The notes: generated from the letters alone by a model not told the origin. Positions 39,011 to 49,538 are shown, counted from the first letter of the stretch. The stretch: 64,000 nucleotides of DNA from an uncultured delta proteobacterium (GCA_963792275.1 CAWBVQ010000016.1:28947-92946); one strand, 5' to 3'. Made by a program: numbers and translations.

Positions 39011-40066
39011 TCAGCCCGCCGCCGCGAGACTGACGGCGCGCCGGAGCCCGGCAAACGGCAGGAGCGCGAGCGCCTCCGCGGGCGAGCACCAGCGATGTTC
39101 CTGGTGCTCGTCGGAGAGCCGCGGCTCGCCCGAGACGGTGGCCGCGAACGCCGTCTCCTGCACGAAGAGCGGCGGGACGCGCTCGCCCAGCGCGAAGGAA
39201 TGCACGTAGCCGAGATCGCGCAGCTCGTCGAGCCGCGGCGAGAAGCCGGTCTCCTCGTGGATCTCCCGCGCCGCGGTCTGCAGCGGGCTCTCCTTGTTCT
39301 CGATGCGGCCGGTGAGGATCTGCCAGAAGCCGCCCCGCTCGTCCGTGCGCCGCAAGAGGAGCACGCGGCCATCCTCGCGCTGCAGGGTCACGCTGACGGT
39401 GCGCAGCTCCGGCAGCGCCTCGGAGACCTCGCTGTCCCAGACCTCGCCCGCCTCGAGCGCGAAGGCATCCTCCACCTCGTGGAGCGAGGGGGTTTCGTCC
39501 GTCACCAGCGACTCCAGCGAAGCGACGCCCGCGCCATGGATGCCGCAGGGCACGATGGCCGCGAAGTCGTCGAGGTTCGTGTGCACGTTGAAGGCGAACC
39601 CGTGCGAGGTGATCCAGCGGGAGATGTGCACGCCGATGGCGCCCAGCTTGCCGGCGGCCGTCCAGACTCCGGTGCGTCCGGCCACGCGCGCAGCCGACAC
39701 CCCATATTCCGCCGCGACGCGGATCATCAGCTCCTCCACCGAGGACACGTACTTGCGCACGTCCTTGCGGTCGGGCTTCAGGTCGAGGATGGGATAGCCG
39801 ACAATCTGGCCGGGGCCGTGATAGGTCACGTCGCCGCCGCGGTCGGTCTCGTAGAGCTCGAATCCGCGCGCCTCCAGCGTCTCTCTGGGCCAGAGCACGT
39901 TCTGCGCCTTGGCGCCGCGGCCCAGGGTGATGACGCGGGGGTGCTCGAGCAGGAGCAGCGTGTCGGGAACCAGCCCCTGCGCGCGCGCCTCCACGAGGAG
40001 CTTCTGCATGGCGAGGCCGTCCGGGTATTCCACCCTGCCCAGCCGCCTGAGGTGGAGCGCGCGCAC
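39011..40066 (-). CDS. lipB: octanoyltransferase LipB fused to a C-terminal Nudix hydrolase domain
   Basis: ORF 39011..40066. LipB motifs RGGDVTYHGPGQIVGYPI and KLGAIGVHISRWITSHGFAFNV. These are followed by the Nudix box GRIENKESPLQTAAREIHEETG. Confidence 0.8.
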   Translation of the reverse strand: MRALHLRRLGRVEYPDGLAMQKLLVEARAQGLVPDTLLLLEHPRVITLGRGAKAQNVLWPRETLEARGFELYETDRGGDVTYHGPGQIVGYPILDLKPDRKDVRKYVSSVEELMIRVAAEYGVSAARVAGRTGVWTAAGKLGAIGVHISRWITSHGFAFNVHTNLDDFAAIVPCGIHGAGVASLESLVTDETPSLHEVEDAFALEAGEVWDSEVSEALPELRTVSVTLQREDGRVLLLRRTDERGGFWQILTGRIENKESPLQTAAREIHEETGFSPRLDELRDLGYVHSFALGERVPPLFVQETAFAATVSGEPRLSDEHQEHRWCSPAEALALLPFAGLRRAVSLAAAG

Positions 40067-40075
40067 CCGGCGAGT

Positions 40076-41147
40076 CTAACCGGCGATCGCCTTCGCGTCC
40101 GGCCGCGGGACCGCGGGTGCCGCCAGCATCTCCGCGCGCTGCTCGCGCAAGGACCAGGGCATGTCCAGGTAGACGTCGTCGAAGAGCGACTCGCGCGACG
40201 GATCCGGCTTCTTCTCCGCCTCGGCGATGGCGGCGTTCACCTCTTCCAGCAGGGCGGCGCGCAGCTGCTCCTCGTCGCGCGCGCTCCACAGGCCCGCGCC
40301 CGCCAGCCGCGAGCGCAAGAGCTCCAGCGGATCGCGCTTCCGCCACTGCTCCACCTCGCGCTCGTCGCGGTAGCGCGTGGGGTCGTCCGACGAGCTGTGA
40401 GCGCCGATGCGGTAGGTGTCGCATTCCACCAGCGTGGGTCCGCCGCCGCTGCGCGCGCGATCGACGGCCTCCTTCACGGCGCTGTAGACCGCGACGGCGT
40501 CGTTGCCGTCCACCTTCTCGCCCGGGAAGCCGTAGGCCTTCGCCTTGATGGCGATCGACTCGCTGGCGGTCTGCCGCCGGCTGGGCACGCTGATGGCCCA
40601 GTGGTTGTTCTGGCAGACGAAGACCACCGGCGCCTTGAACACGCCGGCGAAGTTCATCGCCACGTGGAAGTCGCCTTCGCTGGTGGCGCCGTCGCCCATG
40701 TAGGCCGCGACCACGGTGCGGTCGCCCTTGATGCGCGCCGCCATGGCCGCCCCCACCGCCTGGGGGAGCTGGGTGCCGATGCAGGAGGACCAGCTCACCT
40801 GGTTCACCGACTTCGAGGCCATGTGCGAAGGCATCTGCCGGCCCTTGGTCTCGTCGCCGGCGTTTCCAAACACCTGGCAGAGGTAGGGCACGAGGGGAAA
40901 GCCGCGCAGGAGCATGGCGCCGCCCTCGCGCAGGGCGGGAAGATCCAGTCGTCGGGCTCGAGCGCGATGGCGGAGGCGAGAGTGGCCGCTTCCTGCCCGG
41001 TGCAGGCGCCGTAGAACCCCACCCGGCCCTGCCGCTGGAGCGTCATCATCCGCTCGTCCACGGTGCGCAGGCGGACCATCTCCCGGTAGAGCCGCAGGAG
41101 CGTCTCGCGGGGATCTCCGCCGTCTCCACCTTCTTCGCTGGCTGCAT
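40076..41147 (-). pseudogene. 2-oxoacid dehydrogenase E1 alpha subunit (TPP-binding), two 1-nt deletions (~40939, ~41115)
   Basis: MQPAKKVETAE | DPRETLLRLYREMVRLRTVDERMM...GQEAATLASAIALEPDDWIFP | ALREGGAMLLRG...YMGDGATSEGDFHVAMNFA... (ORFs 41046..41231, 40804..41394 and 40076..41830). Confidence 0.8.
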
Positions 41148-41978
41148 GGGCGCGGTGTAGAGGAAGAGGACGCAGAGGCAACGCAGCCCTTGCGGCGCGG
41201 GGCACATGGGGCCGTCCCGCAGGCGAGGCATCCTCCACCACGAGGATGGCAGCGGCGAGCGTCGGGCCCGACGCCGGCGTCGCCTGAACGAGGACGGCTC
41301 CGTACTGGACGCCCGGCAGGTTGTCGCCGTCGCGCTCGGAGACGGTTCCCGACGAGGTGGTCGACGTGGTGGTCAACCCCGACACGACCGGCACCCCCGC
41401 GCTGGTTGAGACGCTGGTCTGCCAGGTGACGGAATCGAGGACACGAGAATTCGACGGTCTCGCCTACGGTGGCGCTGAAGAAGCTGGAACTGCAGTGGGC
41501 GATGACATCGGGTACGTCGACGCTGGCGACCTTCGCCGTGATGACGTGCCCCGGCGCGACCACGAAGGAGTATGGCAGGACGTTTCCGCTGATGGGGAGA
41601 GATGCGTTGCAGGCGGAGGTCTGTACAAAGTGCGAGCGCCAGCTTGCCGTTCTGGCTGCCGGGGGTGAGCAGGCACGACGGGGCGAGCGCCGCCGAGAAG
41701 GTGTTGCTCGTCCCCACCTGGAATGCGCGACGGTCCTGTTTTCGAGCACCGGCTCGTCCTCGACGACCGCGGCGAAGACTGGGACATCCGGCAGGCGGCT
41801 CAACGTGACAAAGAGCGGTGCCCGCGTCACGAAGTCTCCCTGCGTGAAGCTCGCGGTGAACAGCGCGGGCTGGAAGGTGACGGCGATGGGGGCCTGGTCG
41901 GGCGCTTCGTCGAATCCCGCAGGCTGCCAGGACGAGCATCATCGCCTCTGCGACATGCCGATCGTGCCGAGAGTGCAT
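41148..41978 (-). pseudogene. degraded beta-rich lipoprotein gene (at least 4 frame breaks, no stop before the E1 alpha start)
   Basis: Hand-joined: MHSRHDRHVAEAMMLVLAAC (lipobox) | DEAPDQAPIAVTFQPALFTASFTQGDFV... | FQVGTSNTFSAALAPSCLL... | ACNASLPISGNVLPYSFVVAPGHVITAKV... | DSVTWQTSVSTSAGVPVVSG.... No family recognised. Confidence 0.4.
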
Positions 41979-42104
41979 GGGGTCCCTGCCTCGAACGGCA
42001 TCACGATGCCACGGGCGTCGATTCAACGCGGGAGTTGAACGGCGTTTACGACGCCACGCGGCGTCGCGAACCACAGAGCTGCCGCGGGAGAGGGTACGGC
42101 GCCG

Positions 42105-43433
42105 TCAGTCGCGACGCGGCAGCAGCTCCGGCGCTTCCAGGGCGCGGATGACTTCGTAGAGGAAGGCTGCGCCGATGTGCCCGTCGATGACGCGGTGATC
42201 GAACGAGCAGGAGAGGTTCATGCGCTCGGCGATCTCCACGCCGACCGTGCCGTCGGCGTGGCGCACCGGCTTGGCCCACTCCTTGATCTTGTGGATGCCG
42301 AGGATGGCGACCTCGGGATGCTTCACCACCGGCGTGGCCATGAGACCGCCATCGCGACCCAGCGAAGTGACGGTGAACGTGCCTCCCTGAAGGTCCTGGA
42401 GCTGCAGCTTCTGCTCCCGCGCGGCCTTTGCCAGCCGTTCGATCTCCGCGCCCAGCTGGCGGATGGACTTGCCGCGCACGTCCTTGACGACGAAGACGGT
42501 GAGCCCGGCGTCGGTGGCGGCGCCGAAGGCGACGTTCACGTCCTTCTTGACCACCAGCGCCTGCTTTTCTTCGTCCATCACCGCGTTCAGCTCGGGGTAC
42601 CTGGCGAAGCCGCGCAAGAGCGCCTTGGCGATGAAGGGCAGGTAGCTGAGCTTCGCCTCGCCGCGCTCCGAGAGGCCCTTGTTGATCCGCTCGCGCAGCG
42701 CGGTCAGCGCGGCGGTGTCGCACTCCTCCACGAAGGTGAAGGGCACGACGTAGGTGTGGCTCTGCACCATGCTCTTGGCGATGCTCTTGCGCAGCCCGCG
42801 CAGGGGGCGCACTTCGTCGGCCGCGGCCGGCTCTGCGCGGGGCGGCCGCGCTTGTGCCGGTGCCTGCAGCGGCGCCTGGCCGCGGTTGCCGGTGTGGGCC
42901 AGCACGTCCGCCTTCATCACCCGCCCCTGGGGGCCCGTGCCCTGCAGCGACGCGAGGTCCACGCCCATCTCGCGCGCCATCCGCCGCGTCACCGGCGTGG
43001 CCAGGATCTTGCGCGAATCTCCGTTGCCGCCGCCGGCGTGGTCGTTGGCGCCTGCCGCGCCGCGAGCTTGCGCTGCGCCCGCCGTCTGCAGCGGCGCCGG
43101 CTCTCCCGCGTGTTGCGCCGGCAGCGTGGGCGCGCCCTGCGCCGGGACGCCGCTGGAGGGCGCCGATTGCGCCGGTTGCGCAGCCGCGGGCCCCTCCACC
43201 TCCATCACGACGAGCGTCGCGTGCACCTTGGCGATGTCGCCTTCCCCGCCGAAGGTCTGCAGCACCTTGCCGCGGCGCGGGCTGGGAATGGTGACGGTGG
43301 CCTTGTCGGTCATCACCTCCACCAGCGGCTGATCCTCGACGATGGGATCGCCCGGCTTCACCAGCCACTTGACGATCTCGCCCTCCACCACGCCTTCGCC
43401 GATGTCCGGCAGCTTGAACTCGAACTGGGCCAT
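42105..43433 (-). CDS. dihydrolipoamide acyltransferase (E2) of a 2-oxoacid dehydrogenase complex
   Basis: ORF 42105..43433. Lipoyl site VEVMTDKATV, an E3-binding segment and the catalytic SFDHRVIDG. Confidence 0.9.
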   Translation of the reverse strand: MAQFEFKLPDIGEGVVEGEIVKWLVKPGDPIVEDQPLVEVMTDKATVTIPSPRRGKVLQTFGGEGDIAKVHATLVVMEVEGPAAAQPAQSAPSSGVPAQGAPTLPAQHAGEPAPLQTAGAAQARGAAGANDHAGGGNGDSRKILATPVTRRMAREMGVDLASLQGTGPQGRVMKADVLAHTGNRGQAPLQAPAQARPPRAEPAAADEVRPLRGLRKSIAKSMVQSHTYVVPFTFVEECDTAALTALRERINKGLSERGEAKLSYLPFIAKALLRGFARYPELNAVMDEEKQALVVKKDVNVAFGAATDAGLTVFVVKDVRGKSIRQLGAEIERLAKAAREQKLQLQDLQGGTFTVTSLGRDGGLMATPVVKHPEVAILGIHKIKEWAKPVRHADGTVGVEIAERMNLSCSFDHRVIDGHIGAAFLYEVIRALEAPELLPRRD

Positions 43434-43434
43434 G

Positions 43435-44409
43435 TCAGGGCTCGTAGGCTTTCAGCTCGCGCAGCGACTTCTGGATCCGCGGGGCGAGCGGCAGGTAGTC
43501 GTTCTCCAGCGTGTAGGGAAAGGGCACGTCCCAGCCGGTGATGCGCGCGACCGGCGCCTCCAGCGAGGTGAAGCAGCGCTCCTGCACCAGCGCGCTGATC
43601 TCGGCGGCGAAGCCACAAGTGCGCGGCGCTTCCTGCACGATGGCGCAGCGCCCGGTCTTGCGCACGCTGCGCGTCACCGCCTCGACGTCCAGCGGCCAGA
43701 GCGTGCGCAGGTCGATCAGCTCGGCATCCAGCTCCGGCGCCTGCTCCACCGCGGCCTGCGCCTCGTGGAACATGGCGCCCCAGGCGATGACGGTCATGCC
43801 GCGGCCCTCGCGCGCGAGGTGCGCCTTGCCGATGGGCACCGTGTATTCGCCCTCCGGCACCTCGCCGCGCGCCGCGCGATAGACGCGCTTGGGCTCCATG
43901 AAGATGACCGGATCGTCCTGGCGGATGGCGGAGATGAGCAGCCCTTTCGCGTCCACCGGATTGGAGGGGCAGATCACTTGAAGGCCGGGCGTGTGGATGA
44001 AGAGCGCTTCCGGGGATTGCGAGTGATAGTGCCCGCCCTTGATGCCGCCGCCCACCGGCGTGCGGATGACCACCGGGGCGCCGTACTGGCCGCCGCTGCG
44101 GTAGCGCAGCTTGGCCAGCTCGTTGACGATCTGGTCGAAGGCGGGAAAGATGAAGTCGCTGAACTGGATCTCCGGCACCGGCCGCAGGCCGTACATGGCC
44201 ATGCCGATGGCGGCGCCGACGATTCCCGCCTCGGCGAGCGGCGTGTCGATGACGCGGTCGGGGCCGAACTCCTCGATGAGCCCCAGGGTGGCGCGAAAGA
44301 CGCCGCCGAACTTGCCCACGTCCTCGCCCAGCACCACCACGCGCGGGTCGCGGCGCATCTCGATGCGCAGGGCGTCGTTGACCGCCTGAATGATGTTCCA
44401 GGCCGGCAT
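43435..44409 (-). CDS. 2-oxoacid dehydrogenase E1 beta subunit
   Basis: C-terminal 324 aa of ORF 43435..45261 from MPAWNIIQAV. Motifs GEDVGKFGGVFRAT, DTPLAEAGIVG and HSQSPEA. Confidence 0.9.
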   Translation of the reverse strand: MPAWNIIQAVNDALRIEMRRDPRVVVLGEDVGKFGGVFRATLGLIEEFGPDRVIDTPLAEAGIVGAAIGMAMYGLRPVPEIQFSDFIFPAFDQIVNELAKLRYRSGGQYGAPVVIRTPVGGGIKGGHYHSQSPEALFIHTPGLQVICPSNPVDAKGLLISAIRQDDPVIFMEPKRVYRAARGEVPEGEYTVPIGKAHLAREGRGMTVIAWGAMFHEAQAAVEQAPELDAELIDLRTLWPLDVEAVTRSVRKTGRCAIVQEAPRTCGFAAEISALVQERCFTSLEAPVARITGWDVPFPYTLENDYLPLAPRIQKSLRELKAYEP

Positions 44410-44411
44410 GG

Positions 44412-45326
44412 CTACCCGCCGTTCTCGACCCAGCGCTGGATGAAGAACTCGCCCGCCTTGTAGCTCGAGCGCACCAGCGGGCCGGCGGCGACGAAGCGGA
44501 AGCCGAGGCGCAGGCCTTCCCGCTCCAGGTCCGCGAACACCTCCGGCCTGACGAACTCGGTGACGGGCAGGTGCTTCTCCGAGGGACGCAGGTACTGGCC
44601 GAGCGTGAGGATGTCGCAGCCCACTTCGCGCAAGTCGCGCATGGCCTGCACCAGCTCGTCGCGGGTCTCGCCGAGGCCGAGCATGATGCTGCTCTTCGTC
44701 CGCATCCCGGCGCGCTTGTAGAAGTCGAGGACGGCGAGAGACTGCTCGTAGGCGGCGCGCCGGTCGCGCACGCGCGGGGTGAGTCGCCGCACCGTTTCCA
44801 GGTTGTGCGCGGCCACGGTGGGCTGGGCGTCGGCGATCATCTGCAGCGCCTCGCGCGAGCCCTGGAAGTCGGGCGTGAGCACCTCGACCAGGGTCTTCGG
44901 CGCGGCCCTGCGCAGCTCCACGATGGCCTGGGCAAAGTGCGAGGCGCCGCCGTCCGGCAGCTCGTCCCGATTGACGCTGGTGACGACCAGGTAATCGAGC
45001 CCCAGCCGCCCCACCGCCTCGGCGAGATGGCGCGGTTCCAGCGGGTCGAGCGGGGCCGGCATGCCGCTGTCGACGTCGCAGAAGCGGCAGCCGCGGGTGC
45101 AGACGTCGCCCATCAGCATCACGGTGGCGGTGCCTGACCCCCAGCACTCGCCCACGTTGGGACAGCTTGCCTCTTCGCAGACGGTATGGAGCTTCAGCTC
45201 GCGCAGGGTCTTGCGCACCTGCTCGAAGCGCCCGCCGCCCGGCATGCGGACCTTCAGCCACTCGGGCTTCGGCTCGCGGGCCTTGTGGCGCGGCCTTTCG
45301 CCCAACTGGACCAGCGAGTCGCCCAT
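44412..45326 (-). CDS. lipA: lipoyl synthase
   Basis: ORF 44412..45590, ATG at 45326. Motifs CEEASCPNVGECW and CTRGCRFCDV (two Fe-S cluster motifs). Confidence 0.9.
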   Translation of the reverse strand: MGDSLVQLGERPRHKAREPKPEWLKVRMPGGGRFEQVRKTLRELKLHTVCEEASCPNVGECWGSGTATVMLMGDVCTRGCRFCDVDSGMPAPLDPLEPRHLAEAVGRLGLDYLVVTSVNRDELPDGGASHFAQAIVELRRAAPKTLVEVLTPDFQGSREALQMIADAQPTVAAHNLETVRRLTPRVRDRRAAYEQSLAVLDFYKRAGMRTKSSIMLGLGETRDELVQAMRDLREVGCDILTLGQYLRPSEKHLPVTEFVRPEVFADLEREGLRLGFRFVAAGPLVRSSYKAGEFFIQRWVENGG

Positions 45327-45375
45327 GAGGGCGGCCGGTATAACCGAAACGCCTGCGGATCGCGAGAACGAGCCT

Positions 45376-45621
45376 CTACAGGCAGGTCTGCAGGACCATG
45401 CCGAGCAGGGCCCGGGCAACGCGCTGCGCAATGCCGTGCGCGTCGAGATGGGGCGTGAAGCGCTCGGCGAGCCGGTCTGCGGCGGCGCTGCGTGCAAGGG
45501 GGCAGGACTCCACCGCCTCCACCTCCTCGGGGCCGCTGGTGGCGACCTGACCGCCGACGGCAAGTGCAAGCGCCGCGAATCCCGCGGCAAATCCTCGACG
45601 CCACGACGTGGTTTCGGTCAT
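45376..45621 (-). CDS. small hypothetical protein with Tat-like signal (WRRGFAAG)
   Basis: ORF 45376..45663, ATG at 45621: MTETTSWRRGFAAGFAALALAV.... No family recognised. Confidence 0.35.
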   Translation of the reverse strand: MTETTSWRRGFAAGFAALALAVGGQVATSGPEEVEAVESCPLARSAAADRLAERFTPHLDAHGIAQRVARALLGMVLQTCL

Positions 45622-45684
45622 GTTCGCCTCCCCGCGCGACCGATGGAACACGCGGATGCCCACATCCTTCCCGCGATAGTGATC

Positions 45685-47098
45685 CTAGATGTGCAGCGGT
45701 TTCCCGCGCACGCCCAAAGCGGCCTCGGTGAGCGCCTCGGAGAGCGTCGGGTGCGGGCGCATCACGTGCAGCATCTCCTCGCTGGTGGTCTCCAGCCGCA
45801 GGAGCGAGCAGGCGTCGCTGATCAGCTCGGTGGCCCGGGGGCCGATGATGTGGACGCCCAGCACCTCGTCGTATTTCTCCTCCGCGACCACCTTCACCAT
45901 CCCTTCGGCCGCGCCGAGGATGCGCGCCTTGCCGTTGGCCGACATGGGGAAGGTGCCGATCTTCACCTTGTAGCCGCGCTCTTTCGCCGCCCTCTCGGTC
46001 AGGCCCACCGAGGCCACCTCGGGATCGCTGTACGTCGCTCCCGGCACCAGATCGTAGTTGACGGCGTGCGGCTTCTTGCCCGCGAGGCGGTCGGCCACGA
46101 ACTCGCCCTCCACGAAGGCGAGGTGCGCGAGCTGCGGATGGGGCCGGCCGGGCAGCGCCACCACGTCGCCGATGGCCGAGACCCAGCTCTCGCCGGTGAG
46201 CAGCGTCGTCGGGTCGATGACCACGAACCCGCGCTCGACCTTGATGTTGGGGAACTTGTCGAGGCCCACGTCCTCGCTCACCGGCCTTCTGCCCACGGCG
46301 CAGAGGAAGAGCTCCGCTTCCAGGGTCTCGGTGCCCTTGGCGGTGGTGAGCGTGGCCTTGACGGCGTTCTCGGTGACCTCGACCTTCTCCACCTTGGCCG
46401 CGGTATGCGCCTTGATGCCGCGGCGGCGGAACGCCTTCTCGAACTCGGCGGAGATGTCCTCGTCCTCCACGGGCAAGAGGCGCGGCAGCATCTCGACGAT
46501 GTGCACCTCGCTGCCGAAGTCGGCGGTAGGCGCTGGCGAACTCCACGCCCACCGCGCCGGCGCCGAGGACGATCAGGCGCTTGGGCACGGTCACGTTCTC
46601 GAGCAGCTCGTCGCTCGTCATCACGCGCGGGCCGAGGGTGATTCCGGGAATCAGGCGCGGGGCCGAGCCGGTGGCGATGACCACGTGCTTCGCCTCGACG
46701 ATCTGCTCCTTGCCGTCCGCGCCGGTGACCGAGACCTTGCCCGGTCCGGCCAGGCGGCCGTGGCCGTGGATGCGCTCCACCTTGTTCTTGCGGAAGAGGA
46801 ACTCGATGCCCTTGCTCGACTTGCCGGCCACGTCTTCCTTGAAGGAGCGGACGGCGTTCATGTCCAGCTCCACGGCCGCGGCCTTGACGCCGATCTTCGC
46901 GCCGTGCTGCGCGTCCTCGTACACGTCGGCGCTGTGGAGCACGGCCTTGGTGGGGATGCACCCGCGCAGCGTGCAGGTGCCGCCGACCCGCGGATCCTTC
47001 TCCACGACCACCGTCTTCAGGCCATTCTGGCCCGCCCGGATGGCGCAGACGTAGCCGCCGGGCCCGCTGCCGATGATCGCGAGATCGTAAATCGCCAC
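45685..47098 (-). pseudogene. lpdA: dihydrolipoyl dehydrogenase (E3), one frameshift near 46525
   Basis: N-terminal part from ORF 45254..47098 (IIGSGPGGYVCAIRA, GGTCTLRGCIPTK). After ...GVEFASAY and a 1-base skip it continues as ORF 45685..46506 (...HPTLSEAL). GTG start with GGAGG upstream. Confidence 0.85.
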
Positions 47099-47124
47099 TC
47101 CGGCCTCCTCGGAAAGAGGCGCGG

Positions 47125-47153
47125 TTGGTAGCGCCGGGGAGGGAAGGTGTCAA
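47125..47153 (-). promoter_or_regulatory. candidate sigma-70 promoter for the lpdA-led operon (TTGACA-N17-TACCAA)
   Basis: The minus strand reads TTGACA (47153-47148), a 17-nt spacer, then TACCAA (47130-47125), about 27 nt upstream of the GTG start at 47098. Confidence 0.3.
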
Positions 47154-47511
47154 GGAATGGCAGCGTGACAAGGCGCGTACGAAGGGACCAGCCACGGCAT
47201 TGTGCGTCTACGGCGCGCTCCTGCCGCTCACGCACGAAGGCCCCTACACACTGCCCGACGGCAACCTCGGTTACGGTGGAGCCTCGGCGACCGCCGCCAG
47301 TGCTGGCGGCTGGAGCGATGTGCGGAATGTACGAGTTGAAACGCCGCGAGCTGATACGGCCGCCTCGCCCACGCTGGTGTCTCCGCCGTCGCCAGCTACG
47401 ACCGCGTGATTCGGTCCGGCTAAGCTGGCGAGCGTTGCGATCTACCCTGACTTCGTTCGCCTCGACACAGACTCTGAGGGCGGTCTCAGCACGTTGGCAG
47501 AGAGGGCTTCC

Positions 47512-47800
47512 TTACCGTCGTGTTCTGGGCTGGTCATCATCACGGAGAATCGTAGCGCCGCCCTGAATCGGAGACGTGAGCACGTGCGGTCTGTTTGTAC
47601 GAGAGCCCTTCCACTTCGCGCTCAAGGAGAATAGCCCTGTGGTTTGACGAGAGCGGCTCAAGCGACGTCTCCGTGTGCCACGCCAGCTTCCGGATCTCGG
47701 CACCTCGTGAGGACCCCCGCTGGCAAACGTGCGTCAGACACTGCCCCTGGGAGTTCAGTGTCGAGGGCGACAAGTTCAGCAACTTCGTCAGCCAACATCG
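47512..47800 (-). pseudogene. possible remnant of an ECF sigma factor C-terminal half (region 4 HTH), degraded
   Basis: ORF 47540..47980 tail: LEPLSSNHRAILLEREVEGLSYKQTA, resembling the region-4 pattern L..R.v..L...eGlsy.eiA. The continuation is in another frame (ORF 47512..47703) and no region 2 was seen. Confidence 0.25.
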
Positions 47801-47889
47801 CTTATCCGGCCCAGTGTACCGCACAGAAGAGGGTCGCCTGGCCGGCCCATGTGCAGGTCGCGTACAATGCGACGCAAATCGAGGCAAAC

Positions 47890-49538
47890 ATGGGGCTACG
47901 CTTTCAGAGGCGCATGACGCTGTTCCCGGGGGTACGGCTGAACTTCTCGCGGAGCGGTATCTCCGCGTCCATCGGGCCACGAGGCGCGAGCGTTACAGTG
48001 TGACCAGCGGCAGCACGTTGAACCTGGGCATCCCCGGCACCGGCCTTTCCTTCCGTCATCGCCTCGGAGCCAACGAGGCAGCGGCATCTCCCGAACTGCC
48101 GCCCAGCTTCCCCTTGTGCCAGAACTTCCCATTCCGGCCGCTCCACAAGCCGGAACGGCCATCGAGAGCGCGCCCGTTTCCGGGGATTCACGAGTACGGA
48201 CCTTCAGGGGCTGAAGATCTCATCAGGCAAGCTTCCGACGAGCGCTCCAAATTACGCGGATCAATCCCGGTTGCGCGCGAGGAATTAGAGGCCGCACAGA
48301 GGCGCTTGCGGCGGGCGCAGAACTGGTTCTTCGGCCTGTTCCTCAAGAACAAGATTCCGGAGCGCACAACCGCTGTAGCCGAGAGGGAAGCCGAACTGAA
48401 GCGGCAGGAGGACCGGCTGGCAGGGGCGTTCATCGACGCCGACTTCGCGCTAGACGCGGCAGCCTCTGCGGCGTTCGACGCACTCGCTATGGCTTTCGAG
48501 CAGGTAGCCACGTGCTCGCGGAATATGGGACGTGACCACGAAAGGCAGCGAGGATCGCGTGCGGACGCGGTCCTACGCATCGACCTGGGGTCGACCGCAA
48601 GCCCGTCGTGTTCGGCCCTGCGGAAGACGAAGTGCTGCAGTCTGGCACCAAGGTGCTGCGCCTCCAGAATGCGAACGGTGCCGACCTTCTCGTCTATCCG
48701 GCATTCTTCATGATGGTCGAACCTCGTGACATTGCGCTGATCGACGTGCGCGAGATCGACGTGCGGTACAGCAGAGGCCGCTTCGTTGAAGAGGAAGAGG
48801 AAGATCCACGCCCGACGCCGAGGTGATCGATCACACGTGGAAGAAGTGCAACAAGGACGGCTCTCCAGACCGGCGCTTTGCGAACAATTACCAGATCCCG
48901 ATCGCCGGCTATGGTGAGATCACATTCTCGAGCCGAAACGGCCTGCACGAGCAGTACATGTTCTCCAGCGCCGGGAAGGCACAGCGGTTTGCGGAAGCGC
49001 TTGCTGAGTACCAGAGCTGCGTGCGCGCGCTTGGCCCGGGTGCATCTGCCAGCAACAACTCGAGCGGTGCGCCGGCCCCTCCTGCCAAGGCCACGCTGAA
49101 ATCAAGTGCGCTGAAGTGCGTGGAGTCACTGCGAAACGCCAGACCCTGTCTCGGCGGAGCACACCTCCAAGATCCTTGAGCGCTTCGCTTATGAGTTCAA
49201 GACAGACGTCGGAAGCTTCTCAACGGAACGACGACGCCGCAGGCGCTCGAAAATATCGTGCATAAGGTCGCGGCCGTCCCCGGAATCATTGGAAAGTTCC
49301 TGGACCGGGCGCGACAGCGACCGCTGCTCTGCGCGACGCCGCGCTGAAGGGCACTACCGGCATGGTCCGCGACGTCATTTCGCAAATCTGCACCGCGCTC
49401 GAAAAGAACGGTGCAGACCGGGACGGGGCCCAAGCTCTCGCAGTGGCTGGCAAAGCGGAAGCGGCGCTTGGGAGAAAGGAGGTGAATGGCCCGACCGAGC
49501 GCCACACCCGGAAGCGCAGCAACACCTTCTGGGATTAG
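47890..49538 (+). pseudogene. DUF4236-like protein (possibly two genes), about 7 frame breaks
   Basis: ATG 47890: MGLRFQRRMTLFPGVRLNFSRSGISASIGPRGASVTV | TSGSTLNLGIPGTGLSFRHRLG, which is the DUF4236 signature as I remember it. Later segments: ...IWDVTTKGSEDRV | VDRKPVVFGPAEDEVLQSGTKVLRLQNANGADLLVYPAFF... | DAEVIDHTWKKCNKDGSPDRRFANNYQIPIAGYGEITF... | ...SAEHTSKILERFAYEF... | ...DAALKGTTGMVRDVISQI...NTFWD. Confidence 0.55.

Noticed and set aside
47125-47566. Plus-strand ORFs 47125..47409 and 47147..47566 as genes of the islet.
   Set aside because: They show no motifs and no convincing start context, and their composition is consistent with non-coding or remnant DNA. They are left unannotated.
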